Positions 40,241 to 48,866 of a stretch of DNA of 64,000 nucleotides are shown piece by piece. This stretch comes from Syntrophales bacterium (GTDB taxonomy: Bacteria; Desulfobacterota; Syntrophia; Syntrophales; UBA2210). Within the stretch, counting starts at the first letter, position 1. The number at the start of each line of letters is the position of its first letter. The position numbers were made by a program, and so were the translations under genes. The stretch spans positions 1,075 through 65,074 of the forward strand of contig JALNXD010000001.1 in assembly GCA_023230565.1 (NCBI GenBank), read 5' to 3'. The notes under the pieces were generated by a model. The model ran no database searches and was not told the origin of the DNA. It saw only the letters and a list, made by a program, of their open reading frames with translations.

Positions 40241-41602
40241 TTATCTCTTCCTCAGCTCGGCAGGATACACGTAATCGGCCGTCGATCCTACACCTTTGAA
40301 TTTGGGCTCATTCTCTACACATGAAGCACCCAGATATTGAATTTTTCCATTATTCTGGAATTGAGCTATCGGCTGGTAAAAAGCTCCGGGTATCGTTTTC
40401 GTCATCGGATCGGACAGATCAATTCTGACCTTTGAATGGAAATAGGGTTTCATTTTCTTCGTTTCGTACGCCATCTTGCCAAGCGAGTAAGTGGTTTCCG
40501 AAGTTTCCATTGCATTTATCAGTTTGTCTATATCGTCAATTCCACCGGCATTTTCAATAACCTTTTTAAAGAAGTAGATGTCGGCGTAGGCAAGGTGTAC
40601 GTGAATCTGGGTCGGAATATTCTTTTTCTTGGCCATCTGGACAAAGGGGATGGTCTTCTCGGTAAGCGGCAGTTCACATTCAGTAAATGATGAGATCACA
40701 CCGAGCGCTTTTCCACCCGTCATCGCCCAGAAATCAGATGTCTGGGCGACCCCGCCATAAAGATTGACGGGAATATCGCGTGCCGCAGATTCGGCCCATT
40801 GTTTAGTGAACGATTCGGTATCCGTAAACCATGAACTTATGTAGAGGATCACCTGGGCTTTTTTCATCGCGATCTGCTGCAGAAGAGGCATGTACATGGT
40901 TCCCCGGGGTTTGACCGCCTTGCTGTAGACAACGTCAATTCCATGTTTCTTCTCCAGAAGTTCTTCCCATGGCGGCATATTCAAATAGTCGATTCCCTCT
41001 CTCCACTGGGTCGTCCATGCAAGGTCTTCCCACAGAAACGCCATCCTCTTTAAATTAGGGAACATTTGAGGCCATGTTGTACCCCAGAAATAATTCATCT
41101 GAGGATAATGGGCCGGCTCAGGATCCCAGTCACGAAAACAGAATTTGTATTTATCGTATTCATCGAGCACCCTGCTGGTAAGTTCCGCCCCCATAGGTCC
41201 GTTAAATATCAGGATATGAGGATAATTTTTGAACATGGCTGCAGAATTTTCCTGAGCAGCAAGACAGATCTCAGTTCGCCCTTCGACTGAAATGAATTTC
41301 GCCTTATCTTCGATCAGCAGTCTCCGGGCACCTTCGACTGTAAGTGAGGTATCACCTTTATTATCGGCAACAATGTACTTTACCGGACGACCGAGAATAC
41401 CCCCTGCCTGATTTATCTCTTCTACGGCAATTTTCTGGATATCCATACAAGGTCTCGTTCCCGGTGAGAGTATCATTCCCACATACCCGATTACTATGGG
41501 CTCTCCTGTTGGAGGCGCGGCGGCAACCGGCGTAACAAGTGCCGGAATCGCAATTAGAAGAGCCGCAGTTACCAAAACTCCCAACATCAATCTTTTCTTC
41601 AT
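40241..41602 (-). CDS. ABC transporter periplasmic substrate-binding protein, Leu/Ile/Val-binding (Peripla_BP_6) fold
   Basis: Signal peptide MKKRLMLGVLVTAALLIAIPALVTPVAAA, then PIVIGYVG...EEINQAGGILGRPVKYIVADNKGD. Start moved to the ATG at 41602, behind the RBS GAAAGGAGGG; the track's GTG at 41620 lies inside that RBS. Confidence 0.85.
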   Translation of the reverse strand: MKKRLMLGVLVTAALLIAIPALVTPVAAAPPTGEPIVIGYVGMILSPGTRPCMDIQKIAVEEINQAGGILGRPVKYIVADNKGDTSLTVEGARRLLIEDKAKFISVEGRTEICLAAQENSAAMFKNYPHILIFNGPMGAELTSRVLDEYDKYKFCFRDWDPEPAHYPQMNYFWGTTWPQMFPNLKRMAFLWEDLAWTTQWREGIDYLNMPPWEELLEKKHGIDVVYSKAVKPRGTMYMPLLQQIAMKKAQVILYISSWFTDTESFTKQWAESAARDIPVNLYGGVAQTSDFWAMTGGKALGVISSFTECELPLTEKTIPFVQMAKKKNIPTQIHVHLAYADIYFFKKVIENAGGIDDIDKLINAMETSETTYSLGKMAYETKKMKPYFHSKVRIDLSDPMTKTIPGAFYQPIAQFQNNGKIQYLGASCVENEPKFKGVGSTADYVYPAELRKR

Positions 41603-41733
41603 ACCCTTCCCTCCTTTCACTATACGTGCACCTTCATCATTTTTTCCCTTTGTCCATATTGGACTCCAGGGCTCTTAAACAACAAAGACGGTATCGGAGA
41701 CGAATACCGCAGAACCAGCCTGGTTCGGCGTAT

Positions 41734-43074
41734 CTACAGGTATTTCGACTTCACATATTCGTTGTCCTTTCCTATTTCTACGGCAACCCATTTTACTTGA
41801 GGAGGAGATTCGGTCATCTTGACAAATCCGGATGTGATCATAAATTTCCCTATGCGTTCGTCCTCGATCTTTTTGAAAGATTTTCGTATTTCCCATTGCT
41901 TATTTTGCATCGTATTTTCCGGACTCATCACTCTCATTACTATGGGAACCCCTCCGCCCCTCCATTTGGATTTTGCGGCTTTCATGGCATAAGTAAGCGC
42001 TTTTGCAGTTAATTCATCAGCAGTATATTTCATGGTTTCCTTTTCGATCTCGCGATGAAGTTCCATTGCCATATCTATAATGTCAGGAATGCGATCAGGC
42101 GTATATTTGAAATCATCTTCCAGGTCCCAACGCCCCAAGATCTTGAGCAGAGCGCGAAAATCATGATCTCTCGGAGCAGCTATAGCGACAAGACCATCTT
42201 TGCACTTCCAGTGCCCGTATGGGTACAGAATAAAATCCAGCACACCGATCCGGGGCCTCGACTTCTCCCATGTAAACCCGATAGTGGCAGGAAATCCCGT
42301 CATAGATGAATACGCATCCATCCCGGCAATATCAATTATCTGACCTTCACCCGTTTTCCGCCGATGAATAATCGCCATCATTCCCCCTAATGCGGCACTG
42401 ATTCCGGATATGTACCAGCCCATCCACATACCAGCTTTTAGGGGCCAATTATAAGGTTCAGGTTCCGTTGGCAAATCGCCTATTTGTGCCGACAAGCCGG
42501 ATCCAGTCTGAGTTGTAATATCCGTATCCGGAAAGTTCACAAAGTTTTTCGCCTTTTCCGTATACTGCCCGTAGGCCGTTACGGCGATATATATCAATCC
42601 GGGATTTTGTACCGATAACTGCCTATATCCGATTCCCCAGGAATCCATTAAGCCCGCCGGATAGGTCTCGATAACAACGGATGCCTTCTGTGCCAGTTTT
42701 GCAAATATCTCGCGATCATCCGGACTGTTTTCAAGATCGAGCGTCATGTATTTCTTATTGCGGCCCTCCATGATAAAGGGAATACCTGTTCCGTTCACAT
42801 GTGTGCCAAAGGGAGTCATCTTCCTGCAGGGGTCCCCTTCGGCAGGTTCAATCTTTATTACCTCGGCTCCAAATTCGGCAAAAAGGCTCGCAGCGATAAT
42901 TCCGGAAAAATTCGCCGAGCTGGCATCAAGAATCAATACATCTTTCAATACTTCGGGGCGTCCCTCGGGTGTCATGAGTTTTTCCACCGTTTCTTTCCAA
43001 CGGGACACTCCGCCCCCGGCTGTAGAATATCTCGTATACACCCGTTCTTTGCTTTTTCTTTTGAACATGCTCAT
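41734..43074 (-). CDS. Family III CoA-transferase (CaiB/BaiF type), subunit 2
   Basis: LKDVLILDASSANFSGIIAASLFAEFGAEVIKIEPAEGDPCR is the family III N-terminal Rossmann signature. 446 aa. The start overlaps the upstream paralogue's stop by 4 nt. Confidence 0.85.
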   Translation of the reverse strand: MSMFKRKSKERVYTRYSTAGGGVSRWKETVEKLMTPEGRPEVLKDVLILDASSANFSGIIAASLFAEFGAEVIKIEPAEGDPCRKMTPFGTHVNGTGIPFIMEGRNKKYMTLDLENSPDDREIFAKLAQKASVVIETYPAGLMDSWGIGYRQLSVQNPGLIYIAVTAYGQYTEKAKNFVNFPDTDITTQTGSGLSAQIGDLPTEPEPYNWPLKAGMWMGWYISGISAALGGMMAIIHRRKTGEGQIIDIAGMDAYSSMTGFPATIGFTWEKSRPRIGVLDFILYPYGHWKCKDGLVAIAAPRDHDFRALLKILGRWDLEDDFKYTPDRIPDIIDMAMELHREIEKETMKYTADELTAKALTYAMKAAKSKWRGGGVPIVMRVMSPENTMQNKQWEIRKSFKKIEDERIGKFMITSGFVKMTESPPQVKWVAVEIGKDNEYVKSKYL

Positions 43075-44432
43075 TTTACAACCCCTCTGCCGTAATTAAA
43101 AATAGCATCTTTATCAAGATCGTAATAAATCGGCGGTTTCAAACCGGGTTTATCGTCATAGGTTCCTATGACTTTTTTCTTCTGGAGATCGTTTAAATCC
43201 TGCTCTGAGAGACCAAGGATTTTTTTCAGGATGAACCTGTTATGATATCCGAGCGGGCGCGCAAGCCATTTTGTACGTCCCGGGGTCTTGCTCAACCGCG
43301 CAGACGGTCCGGCAAGCGCAAGTTCCCCGTACATCTCATCTTTGAATAGAATGACACTTCCTCTTTCCCTTCTCCATTGATCGTAGCAGATTTGTTTATC
43401 GTCCATCACTTCGGCAGCGGCAAATCCCTTTTCCTGAGCTAAATTAACAATTTCGTCACAATCCATGGACGAAATCCAGTCAGCAACGATTTTTCTTAAA
43501 TCCGCAGCATTCTCCGGTTTAAGAGCTTCCATATAATCAGAAAATCGAGCATCCGACAACAGCTCTTCTTTTCCCATCGCTTTGCAAAGACCTTCAAAAT
43601 GTTTTTTCGTAGCACAGGCCAATCCGAGAAATTTTTCATCTTTTGTCTTAAACATCGAAGCCGCCATCATTGAGGGGTCTGTATGACCCGTCCTTCCAAG
43701 GCTTTCTCCTGTGAGACTTTGAAATGTAAAATGAGGAAGCACACGCATCATCGAATCGGTCTGAGACAGATCGAGATATTGGCCTTTGCCGGTTTCATTT
43801 TTATAGTAAAGTGCCATGAGCAGTACCAATGCTCCCAAATTTCCGGGAACAAAATCTCCCAGATAATCAGGAAGCTTGAAATATTTATCGGTTCCATCAA
43901 AACCATTGAGACTCAGAACTCCGCTTGCCGCCTGTGCAAGAAGATCCCAGCCCGGGAAATATCTCATCGGTCCGTACTGCCCGTATGTCGAGCAGCTGAG
44001 ATAAATTATTTCAGGATTTACTTCACTTATTTTTGAATAGCCTACCCCCCATGCCTCCGCTGTTCCCGGTGCAAAATTTTCAAGCACAATATCGGATACT
44101 TCCGCAAGGCGATAAATAAGATCTTTTGCCTCAGCCCGTTTTAAATCAACTGAGACGAAATATTTGTTTTGCGTAACAAAATGCCAAATTGGGTTCGAAT
44201 GCTTCCAGTATCTTCCCCAGTACGTTGCAGGCCGCCAGAGATCTCCGTAAAAAGGAAGTTCCAGCTTTATGACCTCGGCGCCGTAATTTGCAAGAACTCT
44301 CGATGCCGTAGGCCCGAAGATTACGTGAGTGAAATCGAGAACTCTAATCCCTTTTAGAACTTCAGGTTTCTCATTTACCTTTGACGGGTCGAACAGCTGT
44401 TCCATATACGAAAAATAATCTTGCATAATCAT
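43071..44432 (-). CDS. Family III CoA-transferase (CaiB/BaiF type), subunit 1
   Basis: LKGIRVLDFTHVIFGPTASRVLANYGAEVIKLELPFYGDLWR and GWDLLAQAASGV (catalytic Asp region). 453 aa. The start overlaps the ATPase gene's stop by 4 nt. Confidence 0.85.
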   Translation of the reverse strand: MIMQDYFSYMEQLFDPSKVNEKPEVLKGIRVLDFTHVIFGPTASRVLANYGAEVIKLELPFYGDLWRPATYWGRYWKHSNPIWHFVTQNKYFVSVDLKRAEAKDLIYRLAEVSDIVLENFAPGTAEAWGVGYSKISEVNPEIIYLSCSTYGQYGPMRYFPGWDLLAQAASGVLSLNGFDGTDKYFKLPDYLGDFVPGNLGALVLLMALYYKNETGKGQYLDLSQTDSMMRVLPHFTFQSLTGESLGRTGHTDPSMMAASMFKTKDEKFLGLACATKKHFEGLCKAMGKEELLSDARFSDYMEALKPENAADLRKIVADWISSMDCDEIVNLAQEKGFAAAEVMDDKQICYDQWRRERGSVILFKDEMYGELALAGPSARLSKTPGRTKWLARPLGYHNRFILKKILGLSEQDLNDLQKKKVIGTYDDKPGLKPPIYYDLDKDAIFNYGRGVVK

Positions 44433-45133
44433 CTCCCCAGGTATGCCTTCTTCACCAGATCACTCTTCATGAGGCCTTCGGATTTTCCCTCCATTATAAT
44501 TTTACCGTCCTGAATCACATATCCTCTGTCGGCAAGCTGGAGGGCTCTTAGAGCGTTTTGTTCCGGGAGAAGAATTGTAATGCCTTTTTCACGGAGCGTT
44601 TCCAGTGATTCGAAAAGGCTATCTACGATCACCGGCGCAAGTCCAACCGAAGGCTCATCAACCATAATGAATCGGGGATGCGACATGAGTCCGCGCCCGA
44701 TATTGAGCATCTGCTGTTCTCCACCTGATAATAATCGCGCCTGCTGGTTCGATCTCATTTTCAGAATAGGAAACAGATCCATCACCCATTCAGCGGAATC
44801 GTTTCTTTCTTTCCAGGATTGACCTGCATATGCGCCCAGATAGAGATTTTCTTTCACTGTCAAATATGGAAATACTCTATGCCCTTCGGGTATGTGAATC
44901 ACTCCTTCTTCGACAATTTTATGCGGTGGCAATCCCGTAATATCTTTTCCCTGAAAAAGTACTGCTCCCGATGTAGGCTTCATTATTCCTTGCACAGCAT
45001 TCAAAATTGTGCTTTTACCGGCCCCGTTGGACCCGAGGAGAGTCACTATTTCATCAGGATAGACATTAAAACTGACTTCATGCAGTACGGAAAGTGTTCC
45101 ATATGATGCACTCAGATTTTTTACTTCAAGCAT
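44429..45133 (-). CDS. ABC transporter ATP-binding protein, LivF type
   Basis: Walker A GSNGAGKST, signature LSGGEQQML, Walker B IMVDEPS. 234 aa. Confidence 0.9.
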   Translation of the reverse strand: MLEVKNLSASYGTLSVLHEVSFNVYPDEIVTLLGSNGAGKSTILNAVQGIMKPTSGAVLFQGKDITGLPPHKIVEEGVIHIPEGHRVFPYLTVKENLYLGAYAGQSWKERNDSAEWVMDLFPILKMRSNQQARLLSGGEQQMLNIGRGLMSHPRFIMVDEPSVGLAPVIVDSLFESLETLREKGITILLPEQNALRALQLADRGYVIQDGKIIMEGKSEGLMKSDLVKKAYLGR

Positions 45134-45872
45134 AATCCCTCCACCCCTTGCCTAAATACGCCTCAATTACCCTGTCGTTATTCACGACCTCATCGGGAGT
45201 TCCATCTGCAATTAATTGACCGTATAAAATAGCGATAATACGCTCAGCCGCTTCTACGAGCACCGCCATGACATGTTCGATCCAGAACACTGTAAGACCG
45301 AACTGCTCTTTCGCCCGGACGATCATATCAACTGCTTTTGTTGCTTCTCCCGGATTGAGTCCCGCCATAACTTCATCGATAAAGAGCAGCTTCGGAGTCG
45401 TGGCAAGTGCCCGGGCCAGTTCAAGCATCCTTAATTCATAAAATGTAAGATCTCTCGCAAGAATATTCCTTTTACTGAACAGTCCTACGAATTCCAGGTA
45501 GTGAGTCGCTTCCCCCGCAGCATCCTCAAAGCTTTGATTTACCCTCTTTTTTCCACACAATACCGCTACTATAACACTCATGAGTGCCGTCAGTTCGAGA
45601 AAAGGCCTCGGAATCTGGTATGTGCGCGCAAGTCCGAGACGGGCCCGCTCGTAAGGCTTTTTTCTTGTAATATCGATATCTTGCATGACAATCTTACCAG
45701 AATCTGCCGTAAGATATCCGCTCATCACGTTGACCATCGTCGATTTTCCGGCACCATTTGGACCTATAAACCCCAGTGTTTCCCCTTCTCTTATTTTAAA
45801 ACTTACATTATCAACCGCCGTCAGCCCGCCGAATTTCTTGGTTACGTTAGTTACGGTCAGAATATCAGCCAT
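45126..45872 (-). CDS. ABC transporter ATP-binding protein, LivG type
   Basis: Walker A GPNGAGKST, Walker B LLFIDEVMAGL, and the LivG-type C-terminal extension (VIEAYLG). Confidence 0.9.
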   Translation of the reverse strand: MADILTVTNVTKKFGGLTAVDNVSFKIREGETLGFIGPNGAGKSTMVNVMSGYLTADSGKIVMQDIDITRKKPYERARLGLARTYQIPRPFLELTALMSVIVAVLCGKKRVNQSFEDAAGEATHYLEFVGLFSKRNILARDLTFYELRMLELARALATTPKLLFIDEVMAGLNPGEATKAVDMIVRAKEQFGLTVFWIEHVMAVLVEAAERIIAILYGQLIADGTPDEVVNNDRVIEAYLGKGWRDYA

Positions 45873-45878
45873 CAGATT

Positions 45879-46925
45879 TTACCTCCTCACGTGAATTGTC
45901 GGCATATATTCCCGGTAATGACGTCTGCGATAAAGGCCGAAAAGTCCTTCTCCCCTTGGAAGGGCAAAAAGAAGTATCAAAAGTATTATCGGGAATGCAA
46001 CGGGCTGAAATTGACCCATCGTCCTTATGAGAATCATCTCAAGGAAGGCCACGAAATATCCGCCCACGACACATCCGAATACCTGTGCGCGGCCTCCTAC
46101 CATAAAAACCAAAAGAATTTTCAGCATGTATGTCATAGGAAGATAGGTTATACCGGCAAACGTTCCGAAATAATGCGCCAAAAACCATCCTACTATGCCT
46201 ATCATGCCCGAGGCGCATACGAAGGTAATGATTTTGGTTTTTGCGATATTTACCCCGAGACCATGGGCTACATCTTCGTCATCGTTGACTGTCGCCATGA
46301 TCAAACCGTATCGCGATTTCAGAACCTTATTCGTAATTAAAAGATAAAGAAGCATAATTCCTGCCGAAATGTAAGCAGCGGAAAGGAAATTCAGTTTTGC
46401 ATTCTCGAACTGAACCAGAAGCTCGATACCGAAAAGACCCACATCACCCTTAAAGATCCCGGTATAGATAAAGGTCACTTCGAGAAAAACAAGCGGAAGG
46501 AGCAAGGTCAGAAGCACATAATAAAGACCCCGAGCCATAATAACCAGCGGGCTGAAAATCACAGCTGCAAAAAGTGATAAAATAATTGCAAAAGGCAGTG
46601 TGGCAATTGGACCCCATCCGAGGTGAATGCTCAAAAGCGCCGCTGTATAACCTCCTATACCTACATAGAAGTTTGGGCCGAAATTGATCCTCCCGGTACC
46701 GACGGTCATAAGAGAAAGCGGTATCGCAATTGCCGCATAAATATTTGCCGCCACCATTGTATTGATAAGACCGGGACTCAAAAAATACGCAATAAGGGGA
46801 AAGAGAAGCAATCCTATAGTCCAGTACAGGGTGTTTCTCCAGTATCGCGGTTCAATCATCCAGTCCCATTTCTTCCCTCCGGCTCTTATGACAATGCGGT
46901 CTCTTTTTATCTCGACGTCTACCAT
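45879..46925 (-). CDS. ABC transporter permease, LivM type
   Basis: Polytopic membrane protein of the branched-chain-amino-acid-type permease family (GRINFGPNFYVGIGGYTAALL). Overlaps the upstream permease gene by 7 nt. Confidence 0.85.
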   Translation of the reverse strand: MVDVEIKRDRIVIRAGGKKWDWMIEPRYWRNTLYWTIGLLLFPLIAYFLSPGLINTMVAANIYAAIAIPLSLMTVGTGRINFGPNFYVGIGGYTAALLSIHLGWGPIATLPFAIILSLFAAVIFSPLVIMARGLYYVLLTLLLPLVFLEVTFIYTGIFKGDVGLFGIELLVQFENAKLNFLSAAYISAGIMLLYLLITNKVLKSRYGLIMATVNDDEDVAHGLGVNIAKTKIITFVCASGMIGIVGWFLAHYFGTFAGITYLPMTYMLKILLVFMVGGRAQVFGCVVGGYFVAFLEMILIRTMGQFQPVAFPIILLILLFALPRGEGLFGLYRRRHYREYMPTIHVRR

Positions 46926-47803
46926 AATGATTCACTCCTTGCGATTCCCTGGGGTCTTATCACTAAAATTACCATGACCAGTATCAGGGCCGATAGATTC
47001 ATGAACCTGGGTTCGCCTACTACAAAACACATAAATGCATGAGTAATTCCAATCATGAAACTCGCAATGATAGTACCTTTGATATTTCCAAGTCCTCCCA
47101 GAACGGCAATCAAAATTGCTATTATCATATATTGCCATCCCATTCCCGGCTCAACCGTCCAGACAGGAACGACAAGAAGCATGCCGACAATGACCGGAAT
47201 AAGCACCAGCATCATCGTAAGCGTATAAAGCTTTTCCACATTAATGCCAATAATCCTTGAACTCGGGATATCCTGAGAAAGGGCTCTTACCGCCAGACCG
47301 GATTTTGTTTTAATGAAAAAAAGAGCAAATAAGCCGGTCATTACAAGGGCAACAAGAGACCCAATTATCAATTGTTTGGGAATGACTGCAGGACCGATCT
47401 CCCAGATCCCCGAAAGAAGCGTGGTCTGAAGATAGACCCCTTCCTGTATTGGATACCGCCATGAAGCGGCCTGCTCGACAATAAGGGCAACAAGAAGAAG
47501 AGCCGTCAGAAGCGTCATCTCATCATCCCAGTATCGCCGTATCATGAACGTATAGATGAGGTAAGATACGATGAATTGTACAATTACCATCCCGATTATT
47601 GAAGGAATCAGGCTCAAGCCGAATTCTCTCATAAAAAACCATGTTCCGTAGACAGTGAGAGGAAACAGGTATGCATACCCGAGATGAAAAATCCTCAAGA
47701 CACCGCAGATAAGAGAAAATCCAAGCGCAACAAGCAGGTAAATTGCACCCATTACAAATCCGAAAATCAGAATAAACAAGACAGTGTCAACCATTAAGCC
47801 CAA
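46919..47803 (-). CDS. ABC transporter permease, LivH type
   Basis: Polytopic membrane protein (GAIYLLVALGFSLICGVLRIFHLGYAY). First gene of the transporter operon. Confidence 0.85.
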   Translation of the reverse strand: MGLMVDTVLFILIFGFVMGAIYLLVALGFSLICGVLRIFHLGYAYLFPLTVYGTWFFMREFGLSLIPSIIGMVIVQFIVSYLIYTFMIRRYWDDEMTLLTALLLVALIVEQAASWRYPIQEGVYLQTTLLSGIWEIGPAVIPKQLIIGSLVALVMTGLFALFFIKTKSGLAVRALSQDIPSSRIIGINVEKLYTLTMMLVLIPVIVGMLLVVPVWTVEPGMGWQYMIIAILIAVLGGLGNIKGTIIASFMIGITHAFMCFVVGEPRFMNLSALILVMVILVIRPQGIARSESLW

Positions 47804-48034
47804 CTCCTTTCTGGAGGTATTTCAAAATTCATTGCGGCTTAATCACATGCTCTTACGATTCTAACGATTAAGCCCGGGCGAATCGCCGTGTCCTGTCTGA
47901 TTACGCAATTTGCTATTTCTTTTAAGAGATCTCGACTGTAATACTCACTTATTTACTGAGGATTTAAAGGCAGGCAGCACAATATGGTTGCATTGGCAAC
48001 ACACTTTGCGCCGCATTTAAAAAGATGTTTGTTT

Positions 48035-48063
48035 TTATAACAAGTCTTGATCAGGGGTGTCAA
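48035..48063 (-). promoter_or_regulatory. Putative sigma70 promoter for the transporter/CoA-transferase operon
   Basis: Minus-strand TTGACA (48058-48063), a 17-nt spacer, then TTATAA (48035-48040). It would give a leader of roughly 225 nt before the ATG at 47803. Confidence 0.4.
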
Positions 48064-48209
48064 GCTAAAATTTAGAAAACGCTGAGTATATCTAAAAAGA
48101 CACGCACGAAAAACAGGCAAAAGTATTTTTTTCCTGTACTCTATTTTTTCAATTTAAAGTAAGGTATTGGAGAATCGATATTTTTAAAAGCAGATGCCTG
48201 AGAACTGAA

Positions 48210-48866
48210 TTATGTTTCCAGCGAAGTCAAGCCTTCCCGGATCGCATACTTGACCAGTTCCGATATGCTATGGATATTAAGCTTCTCCATGATATTGCGC
48301 CGGTGTGTCTCTACCGTCTTGACACTAATGTTAAGGTGGTAGGCGATCTTTTTTGTACTCATCCCCTCTGCGAGAATCTGGAGTATCTCCCGCTCGCGCG
48401 GTGTAAGATTCGTGAATACCGATGATTCGCTTCCTGGCGATTTACCGATATAACGGTTCACTACTATCCCGGCAATCGTAGGGCTGAGATAGATTTGATT
48501 CGACATAACTGAGCGGATCGCTCGCACCAGTTCCTCGAATGCACAATCTTTCAGCAAATATCCCGATGCACCCGCTTCAAGCATACCTGAAACGAATCGC
48601 CTGTCCGAATACATTGAAAGTGCAATAACTTTTACTTTCGGATTCTCACGAATAATCACTCGCGTCGCATCTATTCCGTTCATATCGGGCATTGCGATAT
48701 CCATAATGATTACATCCGGCGATAATTCATGCGCCAGGCGCACTGCGGAACGGCCATCCTCGGCCTCCGCAACTACTTCCATTCCGGGTTCGCTTCCGAT
48801 GAGCGTCCGCAGGCCATCCCGCACTATCTTATGATCTTCAGCCAATAATATTTTTGCATTACTCAT
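48210..48866 (-). CDS. Two-component response regulator, NarL/FixJ (LuxR-type HTH) family
   Basis: Receiver domain (ILLAEDHKIVRDGL...VIIMDIAMPDMNGI) plus LuxR HTH (LTPREREILQILAEGMSTKKIAYHLNISVKTVETHRRNI). Confidence 0.9.
   Translation of the reverse strand: MSNAKILLAEDHKIVRDGLRTLIGSEPGMEVVAEAEDGRSAVRLAHELSPDVIIMDIAMPDMNGIDATRVIIRENPKVKVIALSMYSDRRFVSGMLEAGASGYLLKDCAFEELVRAIRSVMSNQIYLSPTIAGIVVNRYIGKSPGSESSVFTNLTPREREILQILAEGMSTKKIAYHLNISVKTVETHRRNIMEKLNIHSISELVKYAIREGLTSLET

Noticed and set aside
41708-41730. Hairpin after the second CoA-transferase gene as an operon-internal terminator
   Set aside because: No T-run follows the stem on the minus strand, and the binding-protein gene with a strong RBS follows 100 nt later. 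It is more likely an mRNA-stability or processing element, and is mentioned under the locus finding only.
45501-46340. 279-aa plus-strand ORF in the track
   Set aside because: It lies entirely antisense to the well-supported LivG-type and LivM-type genes. It has no RBS and a low-complexity, Arg/His/Tyr-rich sequence with no motif. This is typical shadow-ORF behaviour.
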